From: a virus
Lineage: Duplodnaviria; Caudoviricetes
Virus record (IMG/VR): IMGVR_UViG_2806310702_000003
Coordinates: 25,379-89,378 of that record
Strand: one strand, 5' to 3'
Length of the DNA: 64,000 nucleotides
Shown here: piece by piece, positions 19,532 through 29,239 of the stretch
Layout of the letters: each line of letters begins with the position of its first letter
How positions within the stretch are numbered: position 1 is the stretch's first letter
Position numbers and translations under genes: made by a program
Notes under the pieces: generated by a model
What the model was told of the DNA's origin: nothing
Database searches by the model: none
What the model saw: the letters and a program-made list of their open reading frames with translations, nothing else

Positions 19532-22030
19532 TTATATACTTCCATAACCTAATTGTAAATTTACAGTTGAAAATATACTTTCTATTTGTTTTCTTACTTC
19601 TCGTGCTACTTGTTTAGGATCGTTAGTACCATTTATATTTATAGTTAAATTTACATTAGCTGGTGTTTCTGGTTTAGCTTCTTTCCTGCCTTGTTCTCTA
19701 GCCATGGAAACACTTTTATCATGTGGAAATACTCTTGAACCTCCTGGAAGGTCTATTATTTCTCCACCTTTTTCATGTACTTGAACTATACCACCTTGCC
19801 AATTATTTGTACCCTTTGCCAAACGTGGTATTTTGGGGATATTTAAGCCATCAAATCCCTTACCACCTAAACCTGGAACCCAATCGGGTACTTTAAAATG
19901 AATTCCATTTATAGCACCTATTAAGGTATTAATTCCACTTGTAATAAAATTAATTACACCTTTAAATACACCTTTTATACTTTCACATATTCCAGAAAAA
20001 ATTTCTTTTATTCCATTCCACGCCCTTGACCAATTGCCTGTAAATACTCCAATTATAAAATCTATAACACCATTAAGTACCGTTATAAGTCCTCCTATAA
20101 CTTGAATTATATTGTTAAATATTGCTTTAGCACTTTCAAACAAAGAACTAAAAGCACCACTTATAACAGGCACTACATAAGACATAATAAAACTAGCTAT
20201 TTCTTGCAATTTACTCCATAATTTTTGCACTTGCGCTCTAAATTTTTCTGAATGCTTATATGCATATATTAATCCAGCTACAAGTGCTGCAATAGCTATA
20301 ACAGCTAAACCAATTGGACTGGTTAATAACGTAGCTGCTGCTTTTATTCCAGTTAAAGCTATTTTAAATCCATTTATAATAGCTATAACTTTTTTTATTG
20401 CTTTAAAAGCTACAAAAGAACCTACAATAGCCATTATAGCTGGAACAACTATTTTCTTATGTTTAGAAAGAAAACTAAAAGTTTTACCTATACCATTAGC
20501 AAAATTCGTTAAAACTTTTTTAACTTGTGGAATATGTGCTGTTATCCATCTTATAGCTTTTTGTAATCCCTTTCCATTGCCCTTAGTGCTAAATAATTCT
20601 ATTTGAACATCTTGTATAGCACTTTGAAGTTCTAGTAAAGCACCTTTAACTGTACTATTCTGTGTATCAGCCATTTGTTTAGATGCTCCGGTACTATCTA
20701 ATATTTTCTTCTTTAAATTATCATACTCTTTACCAGAACTTTTTAATAAGATATTTAATGCTCTAACATTTTCTTTTCCACCTATTGTTGCTAAAATTGC
20801 TTGTTGTTCAGCTTCTGTATAGTTGCCTAATTTCCCTTTTAAGTCAACTAAAATACTATTTAAAGGCCTTATTTTGCCATGTGTAGCTATATGTACTCCC
20901 ATTTCTTTAAATAATTGTGCAACTTTGTCTTGTGGTGCAGTTAAGTTTAATAATACGTTTCTTAAAGCGGTTCCTCCTTCTGCACCTTTTAATCCGGAAT
21001 TTGCTAGTATTCCTAACTCTGTATCTAATTCCGCAGTTGACATTTTAGCTTGTTTTGCTATTGCCCCAACAGTGAGTATTCCTTCTCCTAATTGTTCTAT
21101 ATTAGTATTAGTTTTTTGAGAAGTTTTTGCCATCTGATCCGAAAACATATTTAAATCTTTAAATTCTAGTCCCAGTGCTGACATTGCATCTGTTACTAAA
21201 TCTGAACTTTTTTGAATTTGCATATTTCCTGCTGCTGCTAAATTTAATATTGATGGAAGTGCTTCTGTAGATTGTTTTACATTCCAACCAGCCAACGCTT
21301 CATAGTTAAGGGCTTCTGCCGCATCAGCAGCCGTATATTTCGTAGTACGACCTGCTTCCCTTGCTGCATTAGTTAAATTTTGCATATCTTTATCTGTTAA
21401 ATTGCCCATCGTTGCGTGAACATTTGCCATACTTTGTTCAAAATCCATAAAAGTTTTAGCTGAAGCTTTTCCAAAATCAATAGCTTTTTTTATTACAAAT
21501 GCTCCAGCCATAGCCTTTGCGACTTTTTTAAATGTACTTTCTGTTTGACTTGCAGTTCTATTTAAATCCTCTGTACTTCCACGGGTTCTTCGTACTGTAT
21601 CATCTACACCTCTAGCACTTTCATTTATTCTAACAAATCTTCCACGAGCATCTCTAAGCCTACCATTTATATCTCTATAAGTACCATTTAAATTCCTAGT
21701 AGCACTATTTACGCCTTCCGTGCTTCCAGATATATTTCTTATATTATTATCAGTTTCTCTAGCATTATTGCTAGTTTCCCTTAAATTATTTTGAACATTA
21801 TTTACATTGTTAGAAACTTCTCTAGCACTATTACTAGCATTTCTTAAGTTATTATCTGTATTATTTACACCACTAGCTACATCTCTAATACTACTATTTA
21901 CATTTCTAGAGTTATTATTTAGTTCATTCATATTTCTATCTATGTTTTGTGTAGCCTGTTCAATACTGTTTAATTGTCCTAAATCGCTTTGAAAATTAAT
22001 TGAATACACTAAATCTGTTAAACTATCCAT
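19532..22030 (-). CDS. Tail tape measure protein (TP901-type core)
   Basis: FEQSMANV, TKYTAADAAEAL, GLKGAEGGTALR, IPRLAKGT. Confidence 0.92.
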   Translation of the reverse strand: MDSLTDLVYSINFQSDLGQLNSIEQATQNIDRNMNELNNNSRNVNSSIRDVASGVNNTDNNLRNASNSAREVSNNVNNVQNNLRETSNNARETDNNIRNISGSTEGVNSATRNLNGTYRDINGRLRDARGRFVRINESARGVDDTVRRTRGSTEDLNRTASQTESTFKKVAKAMAGAFVIKKAIDFGKASAKTFMDFEQSMANVHATMGNLTDKDMQNLTNAAREAGRTTKYTAADAAEALNYEALAGWNVKQSTEALPSILNLAAAGNMQIQKSSDLVTDAMSALGLEFKDLNMFSDQMAKTSQKTNTNIEQLGEGILTVGAIAKQAKMSTAELDTELGILANSGLKGAEGGTALRNVLLNLTAPQDKVAQLFKEMGVHIATHGKIRPLNSILVDLKGKLGNYTEAEQQAILATIGGKENVRALNILLKSSGKEYDNLKKKILDSTGASKQMADTQNSTVKGALLELQSAIQDVQIELFSTKGNGKGLQKAIRWITAHIPQVKKVLTNFANGIGKTFSFLSKHKKIVVPAIMAIVGSFVAFKAIKKVIAIINGFKIALTGIKAAATLLTSPIGLAVIAIAALVAGLIYAYKHSEKFRAQVQKLWSKLQEIASFIMSYVVPVISGAFSSLFESAKAIFNNIIQVIGGLITVLNGVIDFIIGVFTGNWSRAWNGIKEIFSGICESIKGVFKGVINFITSGINTLIGAINGIHFKVPDWVPGLGGKGFDGLNIPKIPRLAKGTNNWQGGIVQVHEKGGEIIDLPGGSRVFPHDKSVSMAREQGRKEAKPETPANVNLTININGTNDPKQVAREVRKQIESIFSTVNLQLGYGSI

Positions 22031-22142
22031 TCATAAACCACCTCCTATGTCAAGTGATAAATAACAGTATATTCTACTATAATTTTATCACAAACAAAAA
22101 AAAAGACGAGGTTTTCTCGTCTTTTGGTGATTATTTGTCGTT

Positions 22143-22394
22143 TTAATTAAAAAGTTCTTTTATTTTATTAGAATCTTCTATTCCGCATATATAAAGAGTA
22201 TGATTTCTTTCCCAATCCATTGCTGTTTCAACTTCCTCTAATTCGTTTAATAATTCACAATCTTTGGGTAAAAGTTTTCCTATTTCATCTAATATCTGCT
22301 TATGTTCTTCTAATAATTCATTTTTTTGTTCCAATTCAAATAATATTTCGTTGACACGTTCATTTATTATTTCTAATGCTGAATTTTTTACCAT
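22143..22394 (-). CDS. Hypothetical moron protein
   Basis: RBS GGGGGAG, own terminator at 22101-22124. Confidence 0.55.
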   Translation of the reverse strand: MVKNSALEIINERVNEILFELEQKNELLEEHKQILDEIGKLLPKDCELLNELEEVETAMDWERNHTLYICGIEDSNKIKELFN

Positions 22395-22602
22395 TTTATC
22401 TCCCCCATTTGTAAAATTATACTTTATTTTTAAAATTCAATAAGGTATAATATAAATTGTAAATTGTAAATTGTTCCAAAAAAAATAACATGTGTTCAGA
22501 TTACGAACCTATAGAATATTATATTATAGAAAATATTTTGTGTCAAGTTTAGGAATCATAAGTTTTTTTTTCTATTTTATAGTATATTTAGGGGGAATAA
22601 AA

Positions 22603-23115
22603 ATGAATTTGAATAAAAAAATAAGATACTTACGAGAAAAAAACAGTCTTGCGCAATCCCAAATTGCTGACCTGCTTAATAAGAGTAGACCAACTGTTGC
22701 TGGTTATGAATCTGGAGATAGAGAACCAGACCTAGAAACGTTAAAAAAAATAGCTGTATTTTTTAATGTTTCTACAGACTATTTATTATTTGATGAAAGA
22801 GATATTGAAATAGAAGGTGGATATATCTCTGAAAATACAGTAGAATATTCTAATGATGTTTTAGATGAGATAGATAATAAAAGAATTCTTGAAAAACACA
22901 GCATATTAACTTCTAACGTTGATAAAGCAAGAAGAAAAATGAACAAGGCTATTAAAAATAATGATGATGAAAAAAGAAGAAAATGGAATAAAAAATATAG
23001 AGAAGCTTTGATTGAACGTAAGCTTTTTGAGCAAAGTGAAGAATATCAAGCTTTTTATAAAATCTTTCTTGAAGAAATCAGAAGAGAAGCACTTAAAAAA
23101 ATAATAGAACAGTAG
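22603..23115 (+). CDS. XRE-family HTH regulator inserted in the tail operon
   Basis: KIRYLREKNSLAQSQIADLLNKSRPTVAGYESGDREP; ATG at 22603 after GGGGG. Confidence 0.85.
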   Translation: MNLNKKIRYLREKNSLAQSQIADLLNKSRPTVAGYESGDREPDLETLKKIAVFFNVSTDYLLFDERDIEIEGGYISENTVEYSNDVLDEIDNKRILEKHSILTSNVDKARRKMNKAIKNNDDEKRRKWNKKYREALIERKLFEQSEEYQAFYKIFLEEIRREALKKIIEQ

Positions 23116-23121
23116 TTAATT

Positions 23122-23605
23122 CTACTGTTCTTCTTTTTCTCTCTGTTTTTCTTCTATGAGATAACTTGCTTCAAGCATCTCATAATATTCTTCCTTACTC
23201 ATTTGTTTAACTTCTGTCAATGTTATGTTTGGAAGTATTAAACTCCATATTCTCAACTTTTTCTTTGCATTCTCTCTCAACCTTTTTAAGGTGATAGCAT
23301 CTGGGATTGTCACAAAAGTTCCTTAATTCTGTACTAACTTTAGTTATTAATTCTGTAGCATTCTCAGCCTTTTCTATTTGTTCTTTTAAATTTTTAGGAC
23401 TAATAACTAATTCATCTATAAGCATTTCTGTAAGCATACCTACTTTATAAGCACCATTTTCCAAATTCAAAGCACTAGAAAGTATATCTGTAACTCTAAA
23501 AGGACTTATTTCTTGTACTACTACATTAACTTTCTTTTTTTCTTCCTTTCCTTCTTTATTTGTTATTATTTCTATATCAAAATTACTTTGTACCATATTA
23601 TTCAT
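23122..23605 (-). CDS. Tail assembly chaperone pair (overlapping ORFs 23207-23605 and 23122-23313)
   Basis: Two overlapping ORFs between tail tube and tape measure genes. Confidence 0.65.
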
Positions 23606-24011
23606 CTCCCATTTCTAAATTAGGTACTAATATTACCCATTTTCTATCTTTTATTTCGTTACTTCTTGACCAATCAGCTTGTTTGTTAATAACACAATCT
23701 TTTCCATTAGCTTCACCCTTAGTTGTATCATTACCATCAACAACTTCTATATCAAAGGTTTCATCCTCTTTACAAATTCTATCAAATAAAGCATTTGAAG
23801 GACTATCTGTTTTCAATGAAAGTTCTATTTTACCAGAATCATCGTTTGTTGCCGCAAAAGTAGTATCTCCTTTCATTCCTGTATGTCCTTTATATTTATC
23901 GCTATTTTTACTACACTTTATCTCAGAACCTTTAGAAAAGCCTGTTACAAAGTGTTTTTCACCTTTATATGTAACTATAACATTAACTAACTTAGCATTA
24001 TAAGCTTTCAT
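23598..24011 (-). CDS. Tail tube protein (DUF3277-like)
   Basis: YNAKLVNVIV...VTGFSKGS...SLKTDSPSN. Confidence 0.75.
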   Translation of the reverse strand: MKAYNAKLVNVIVTYKGEKHFVTGFSKGSEIKCSKNSDKYKGHTGMKGDTTFAATNDDSGKIELSLKTDSPSNALFDRICKEDETFDIEVVDGNDTTKGEANGKDCVINKQADWSRSNEIKDRKWVILVPNLEMGDE

Positions 24012-24022
24012 TTAACCACCTC

Positions 24023-25045
24023 CTATAAATTCATGACAACAGAACCATTCACAACAGTTCCATGTATTGCTCCAGCTTCAACATACTTAAATGTAATTCC
24101 AGTTAAAATTCTTGCTTTTCTATTCTGTTCTGATATTTTATCTACTGTTTTATAATCTATTTTAAAATCACCTGTTCCCTCAGAAGTTTCTGCAATTATG
24201 CCTTTATCAAAGGCTCTATTCAAAGCAGTTTTTACTGCACTAACTATTTTTTGTATTCCATTATCTGTATAAGGGATTTTATCACTATTCATGAGTACAT
24301 TTGCAATTTCATATTCAATTTGATTTTTAATATAATCTCTACTTTCAATTTGGTCTATATATATACCACTAGCCATTTTCCCATCATCTAATTGTGCAAT
24401 CCCATATTTTTTTACATATGCATTCATATTAGATTTTCTAATTTTAGTTAATTCAGTATTTGTTAAAACATCAGCAGTAATATTATTAAGATGTTTAAAT
24501 TTAAAAGTAAAACTTCCAGCAGTTCTAGTTGTTGCATATCCTACTGTTGCTGCATCTAATCTTTCATCACTTTTATCTTTTTTAAATTGTATACAGGTTC
24601 TGTTTTTACCAGAAAAATCTCCTTTTAAATTTTCTTTAACTACTGTATAAAATGTTTTCTCATTACCTTCTGCAAAATCACTTACAACTTTTATTAACTC
24701 TTCTGTTTTATCATCTAAAAGTATTCTGTAGAAATCATTATGTTCTGCAATAAGCGTATTTAATGCATCTTTTAGATCAGTAGCTTTTTTCATACTACTG
24801 CTTAAATTTTTACCAAAAATAGCAACCGTGTCCGGTCTAGGTTCTTGGCTTGCTAAAGTTTCTACTATTTTATAAATTTCAGTTTCAGTATCAAAATCTT
24901 TTTTTACTTCTGATATATCCTCACTTATATCAAATTCTTTATATTTATAATCTTTATTTGTAGCTATCACTAAAGTAAGACCAAAGCCAGCTATACTAAT
25001 AGCTTTACTTGCATCAGTAATATCTACTTTTATATCACTACTCAT
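24023..25045 (-). CDS. Tail sheath protein (DUF3383-like)
   Basis: GSFTFKFKHL, GKMASGIYID, KIPYTDNGI, AGAIH. Confidence 0.85.
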   Translation of the reverse strand: MSSDIKVDITDASKAISIAGFGLTLVIATNKDYKYKEFDISEDISEVKKDFDTETEIYKIVETLASQEPRPDTVAIFGKNLSSSMKKATDLKDALNTLIAEHNDFYRILLDDKTEELIKVVSDFAEGNEKTFYTVVKENLKGDFSGKNRTCIQFKKDKSDERLDAATVGYATTRTAGSFTFKFKHLNNITADVLTNTELTKIRKSNMNAYVKKYGIAQLDDGKMASGIYIDQIESRDYIKNQIEYEIANVLMNSDKIPYTDNGIQKIVSAVKTALNRAFDKGIIAETSEGTGDFKIDYKTVDKISEQNRKARILTGITFKYVEAGAIHGTVVNGSVVMNL

Positions 25046-25066
25046 TTATACAACCTCCTTTAAGTG

Positions 25067-25570
25067 TTACTGCAATTCTATTTCTTCTATTGTATCTACT
25101 TGTGTTTCTACAATATCTCCAACTCTTAATCTTATATCGAACCCCCATTTATACACATAACCTGTTTCTAAAATAGAAGTTTTATCAACTAATTTCGTAC
25201 AATCTAATAGTATTATATCACATTTGTACGAAATTAGTTGTTTTTGAGTTTGTAAAAAAGACATAGTGTTTGTAGCAAATATCATAGCTTCTTCTTGTTT
25301 ATCTGAATAAAAAGTTAAGGAGAAAGTCATTTGAGGTTCTGTAAATCTAGTTATCTTTACACCATTTTTAGTAGAAGTTTCTATAATAGTGCCTTCAAAA
25401 GTATCATTGTCTTGTATATATCCTACAAGAACATTAGTTATGCAATAAGGATAAGACGGTAAATTATGAATACTATTTCCTTTTATAAATTTATAATTTT
25501 TATTTATTTCTTTCATGTTTTTATTAAGGTATGCATTTATCTCAGTCCATACTTCAAATAAATTAACCAT
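25067..25570 (-). CDS. Neck/tail terminator protein
   Basis: PSYPY and GFDIRLR motifs, position. Confidence 0.65.
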   Translation of the reverse strand: MVNLFEVWTEINAYLNKNMKEINKNYKFIKGNSIHNLPSYPYCITNVLVGYIQDNDTFEGTIIETSTKNGVKITRFTEPQMTFSLTFYSDKQEEAMIFATNTMSFLQTQKQLISYKCDIILLDCTKLVDKTSILETGYVYKWGFDIRLRVGDIVETQVDTIEEIELQ

Positions 25571-25901
25571 TTATATTTTCAATCCTTTTCATAAAATATC
25601 TCTTAAAATCTGATATAATATCATATTTTCTAGCACCATATATTTTATATTTAATCCCTTTTACAGTTTCAATAACTGTGTTACTTTGTAAATCTTCATC
25701 AGTATATAATTTCATATCCTCTATGTCATATGTTCCTTCCGGAAGATATTGCATATCTCTTTCACTTAAAGGAAGTATAGCACCTGTAAAAGTAATTTCC
25801 TTTTCTTCTCCTTCTATATAATCTCCACCATCATTATAACTTCCTTCTGTAGCTAATTTATATTTTAATTTTTGCTTAATGCTATCTGGTATTAAATTCA
25901 T
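25563..25901 (-). CDS. Head closure protein
   Basis: GAILPLSERDMQYLPEG, position. Confidence 0.6.
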   Translation of the reverse strand: MNLIPDSIKQKLKYKLATEGSYNDGGDYIEGEEKEITFTGAILPLSERDMQYLPEGTYDIEDMKLYTDEDLQSNTVIETVKGIKYKIYGARKYDIISDFKRYFMKRIENING

Positions 25902-26168
25902 TTAATCAACCCTTTCATATGTTTTCTCAAATATATCTGGTTTACAAGGGTAAAACTCTCCATTAACCCCTTTTATAATATAATCACCTGTATTTGCTAA
26001 CATATCTCCTTCTAAGGTTTTAATAATTAATGCTATAGGTCCTGTTGTTCCCATGCCTTTAATCTCAATGTTTTCCTTCGCAAACTCTTTTATCTTGTTA
26101 TAACTAGCAAAATCACCTACAAATTGCATTGCTTCAATTTCCACTGGTTTCTTTCTATATTTACTCAT
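25902..26168 (-). CDS. Conserved small phage protein
   Basis: [14 protein letters not shown]...[24 protein letters not shown] is a widespread phage family. Confidence 0.75.
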   Translation of the reverse strand: MSKYRKKPVEIEAMQFVGDFASYNKIKEFAKENIEIKGMGTTGPIALIIKTLEGDMLANTGDYIIKGVNGEFYPCKPDIFEKTYERVD

Positions 26169-26255
26169 TTATCCAACCTCTTTCTATTAAAATTTTTATT
26201 TTTAAAATATTTTTAAATTTATAATTGTACCTTTAATTAATTTTAAAATTTGTTT

Positions 26256-26768
26256 TTATTCTACTTTCCAAGTTATGCTTTCTCTTAATCTCCCACTATC
26301 AATAAGAGGATTTGATTTACCTTTTTTTCTTTCTATAGTAAAAGGGTGATTGGGTGGAGAAGATACTTCTGTTAGGACCTCTTGTGTAAGTCCAGCCAAA
26401 AACTGTCCTACTCTATCACAGAATATATTTACATCTATTCTAAAAGTTAATAATTCCGTTAATCCTTCTTTTATGATCTTATTCAATTCATCTTTTCTTT
26501 CCTGTGTGGTCCTTCTAATAAAACTTCTTTCTGGTATATGTATTTGAGAAGTACTCTTGTTAACATGTAATCCATTATAGTGTAACCATGCCCTCATCTT
26601 AGGTGTTATATTTATATCACAACCAAATTCTTGTACCCTTGCAACCATAAGAATGTGGCTATCATCTGCACCAAATATACCTATCTTTATTTTCTTAGAC
26701 TTCAATTCTTCTATAGTTTGTTTTAATCTAGGTAAATCATCTTTTCTTACTGTTTTAGTAACTCTCAT
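26256..26768 (-). CDS. Neck/virion morphogenesis protein
   Basis: IPERSFIR, PLIDSGRLRESITW. Confidence 0.75.
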   Translation of the reverse strand: MRVTKTVRKDDLPRLKQTIEELKSKKIKIGIFGADDSHILMVARVQEFGCDINITPKMRAWLHYNGLHVNKSTSQIHIPERSFIRRTTQERKDELNKIIKEGLTELLTFRIDVNIFCDRVGQFLAGLTQEVLTEVSSPPNHPFTIERKKGKSNPLIDSGRLRESITWKVE

Positions 26769-27379
26769 TAAATCCTAATGCTCCTGTATTTTTTAATAGT
26801 TGCCAGTTGCATTTCTGATAATCTAATATTACTTTTCCACTCTAGTTTTACATCTGAAATAGAATAAGACCTTAATCCTTTATTAACTGCTTCTGAATTA
26901 TCTAGTCCCATCTGTTCCTTTAATAACTGGAGAAGCAATAATTTTAAATCTCCTGGTATTTCCTTATATCCAGCATTGTATTCAACCCTTATATACCTTT
27001 GTGGAAAATTAATTCTACCACTCATTAAATTACTGCTACCTACTTGCCACCAAGCTAAGTCCCTATACAGTATTCCAGCCTTTGTATTTATATCGTACTC
27101 ATGTTCTTCTAATGATTTTTCTATAGAACCATTGCAAATATACTTAATGCTATTAATAGAATTTATAGGGTATTGTTTTAAAATTAAAGAGTTTGAATTT
27201 GTTCCAGGATATTTTTCTACATAGTCTTTAGCCAGAATATCTCTGCCTATTTCTCCTTCGATTATTTCTGTTATTCCTTCCATATATAGTTTCAAAATTA
27301 AATCTTTACTTGTATCTTCTTTATCTATATTTAAGAACTGTTTAACTTCTTCTAATGTACATAAATTCAATATTTGCAC
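26768..27379 (-). CDS. Head-tail connector
   Basis: LCTLEEVKQFL, VEYNAGY..IPGDL. Confidence 0.8.
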   Translation of the reverse strand: MQILNLCTLEEVKQFLNIDKEDTSKDLILKLYMEGITEIIEGEIGRDILAKDYVEKYPGTNSNSLILKQYPINSINSIKYICNGSIEKSLEEHEYDINTKAGILYRDLAWWQVGSSNLMSGRINFPQRYIRVEYNAGYKEIPGDLKLLLLQLLKEQMGLDNSEAVNKGLRSYSISDVKLEWKSNIRLSEMQLATIKKYRSIRI

Positions 27380-27447
27380 CTCCTATAAACTAATTTTATC
27401 ATAAATAAAAAAGAGGGTGTGTTTTCCCTCTTTTTCTTAATAGTTCT

Positions 27448-27810
27448 TTATTTTTGCGAATTAATTTCTAAATCTTCTTTATTGAAATATAACTGCTCAT
27501 AATATTCATCATGACTAATTATTTCTAAGAATAAACTAAATACTGCAGCACACGTTCCTATAAACAGTAACCCCAACATAACAACCCACGCTATAGGATT
27601 AAGTTTATTAAAACCTATCTCATATTCAACTCTAGCTAAGTTTATTGGTTCTTCTCTTTTTTTTAATAATGTTGTAATTTTAGTTATCTTAATGGTTGTA
27701 ATCTTAAAAATATTATCTAATTTCCCAATAAAACCATTATTGTGCTTTAGACGTATATCTTTTTTAAATTTTCTTTTAATTTTTTTATTCATAAACATTC
27801 CCTTTTTCAT
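27448..27810 (-). CDS. Membrane protein ending in site-encoded NSQK
   Basis: One TM segment; last codons come from the cassette end motif. Confidence 0.55.
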   Translation of the reverse strand: MKKGMFMNKKIKRKFKKDIRLKHNNGFIGKLDNIFKITTIKITKITTLLKKREEPINLARVEYEIGFNKLNPIAWVVMLGLLFIGTCAAVFSLFLEIISHDEYYEQLYFNKEDLEINSQK

Positions 27811-27997
27811 ACTCCTTTATTTCCTTTCCATCGGAATCTAAAGTTATCTCAAAACCACATTTACAACTTCTTTTGAAGATGTCACCATCAATTAGTATTT
27901 TACCTTCAATATCTCCAACTTTATAACTACCACAAACTGGACATTTTTCATATTTTCTTATTAAACTTACAACTTTAAATGCTTCCATCTTAATCAC
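27785..27997 (-). CDS. Small Zn-ribbon protein (DUF3797-like)
   Basis: CPVCGS...FKRSCKCGF. Confidence 0.65.
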   Translation of the reverse strand: MIKMEAFKVVSLIRKYEKCPVCGSYKVGDIEGKILIDGDIFKRSCKCGFEITLDSDGKEIKEYEKGNVYE

Positions 27998-27999
27998 TC

Positions 28000-28155
28000 C
28001 TATATAATTTTAAATTTTCTTAACACTCTACCTAAAAAGGTTAAATTCTCTTTAAATGCTACTTTGCAATCCCAACACTCATACTCTTTGTGACCATCTT
28101 TAAATTCAATTTCTATCATTTCTTCTTTACAATTAGGGCACTTTATTGTTAACAC
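28000..28155 (-). CDS. 51-aa Zn-ribbon protein (not in ORF track)
   Basis: CPNC...CWDC, GTG start after GGGAAGTAG. Confidence 0.5.
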   Translation of the reverse strand: MLTIKCPNCKEEMIEIEFKDGHKEYECWDCKVAFKENLTFLGRVLRKFKII

Positions 28156-28164
28156 CTACTTCCC

Positions 28165-28389
28165 TTACTTCATGCATATACCTGTTAGTTGTCCGTACTT
28201 TTCGTATAATCTTTTAAGATTATCAATTTCTAAATCCATAATGAATATATCTTCTCCACATTCGTTGCAAACGCCTATATTTTCTATTACATTTACTTTT
28301 ACACCTTTGTATTCTGCCATAAGTTCTTTTCTTATCGTATAATTAACTTCTTTATTGCATTTAGCACAAAAAATTCTATCTTCTTTCAT
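28165..28389 (-). CDS. YgiT/MqsA-type zinc-finger protein
   Basis: FCAKC...YKGVKVNV...CNECGEDIF. Confidence 0.7.
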   Translation of the reverse strand: MKEDRIFCAKCNKEVNYTIRKELMAEYKGVKVNVIENIGVCNECGEDIFIMDLEIDNLKRLYEKYGQLTGICMK

Positions 28390-28426
28390 ATATCAATGCC
28401 CCTTCACAATCTACTATTTTTCTTTA

Positions 28427-29223
28427 CTTTATTTTTGCGAAACTAATCTAATTCATTTCTTACAATTTCTTTTACTATTTTTAATAGAAATTGATTAGTT
28501 TTTTCATTTGGTTTTTGTGTTTTATATTTTTCTTCATGTTCTTTAGCAATACTTAACATATATTCCGCCATGCTTTCAAAATCTGATTTAGAATATACTC
28601 CATTTTTTATATTTAACAGCCATTTTCTATTACATTCATCTTTTTCATACCATATTGCTTTTTTAAAATCTGTAAAATTATTATTAGCAAATCTTATTAA
28701 AAAATCTAATATCCTTATACTATGCATAGCTTGTTTGGTATCATATCCATATTTATTAACTAAATGTTGTGTTCCCTGTGTCCCTTTATCTACTTGCTTC
28801 TTTTTATTAATGTGCATACCAATACAAGCATTATATAAATAAGGTAGATTCATTTTTACAATTTCATTTCTCATATTATAAATTTCAGTTATTAAAAACT
28901 TTGTTTTTATATCAATATTGTCAGGTATTAAAAATTTTTTACTAAACAATACTTCGAGAAAATTTACATTAGACTTCCACCACAAACTTGATATTTTCCT
29001 TATATCATGTACATCATAATCCTCTGTTTCTCCTATATAGGATTTACTAAATTGATTATTGAAATATAAATCATTAAATGTTGGAGCTACAAATAATTTA
29101 TAATCCTTATCACTTGTCTCTGTATTAAGATTATAATTATGAGAACCTACTAAAACCCTAAATAATTCTTTTCTTCCTTCAAAATCCATTTTGCCTTCTC
29201 TCCTTCACAATCTACTATTTTTT
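28427..29223 (-). mobile_element. Putative gene cassette carrying a nucleotidyltransferase
   Basis: Same conserved ends as the MTase cassette, at 29202-29223 and 28427-28441. Confidence 0.65.
28443..29189 (-). CDS. Pol-beta superfamily nucleotidyltransferase (RlaP/YcgL-like)
   Basis: GSHNYNLNTETSDKD (GS...DxD); KYGYDTKQAMH. Confidence 0.75.
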   Translation of the reverse strand: MDFEGRKELFRVLVGSHNYNLNTETSDKDYKLFVAPTFNDLYFNNQFSKSYIGETEDYDVHDIRKISSLWWKSNVNFLEVLFSKKFLIPDNIDIKTKFLITEIYNMRNEIVKMNLPYLYNACIGMHINKKKQVDKGTQGTQHLVNKYGYDTKQAMHSIRILDFLIRFANNNFTDFKKAIWYEKDECNRKWLLNIKNGVYSKSDFESMAEYMLSIAKEHEEKYKTQKPNEKTNQFLLKIVKEIVRNELD

Positions 29224-29239
29224 GTACATGTATTGAAGC

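Larger units (their letters stand above)
27446..28421 (-). mobile_element. Putative gene cassette carrying four small ORFs
   Basis: Starts with AAAAATAGTAGATTGTGAAGG (28401-28421), ends with TTCGCAAAAATAAAG (27446-27460). Confidence 0.6.

Noticed and set aside
21540-21960. Asn-rich repeats in the tape measure N-terminus, and the Lys/Ala tract at 18830-19040
   Set aside because: Low-complexity coding repeats explained by the proteins themselves.
27446-29230. CRISPR array or classical integron attC sites
   Set aside because: The repeats are separated by whole genes rather than 30-40 bp spacers, no cas genes are present, and there are no GTTRRRY/RYYYAAC attC hairpins.
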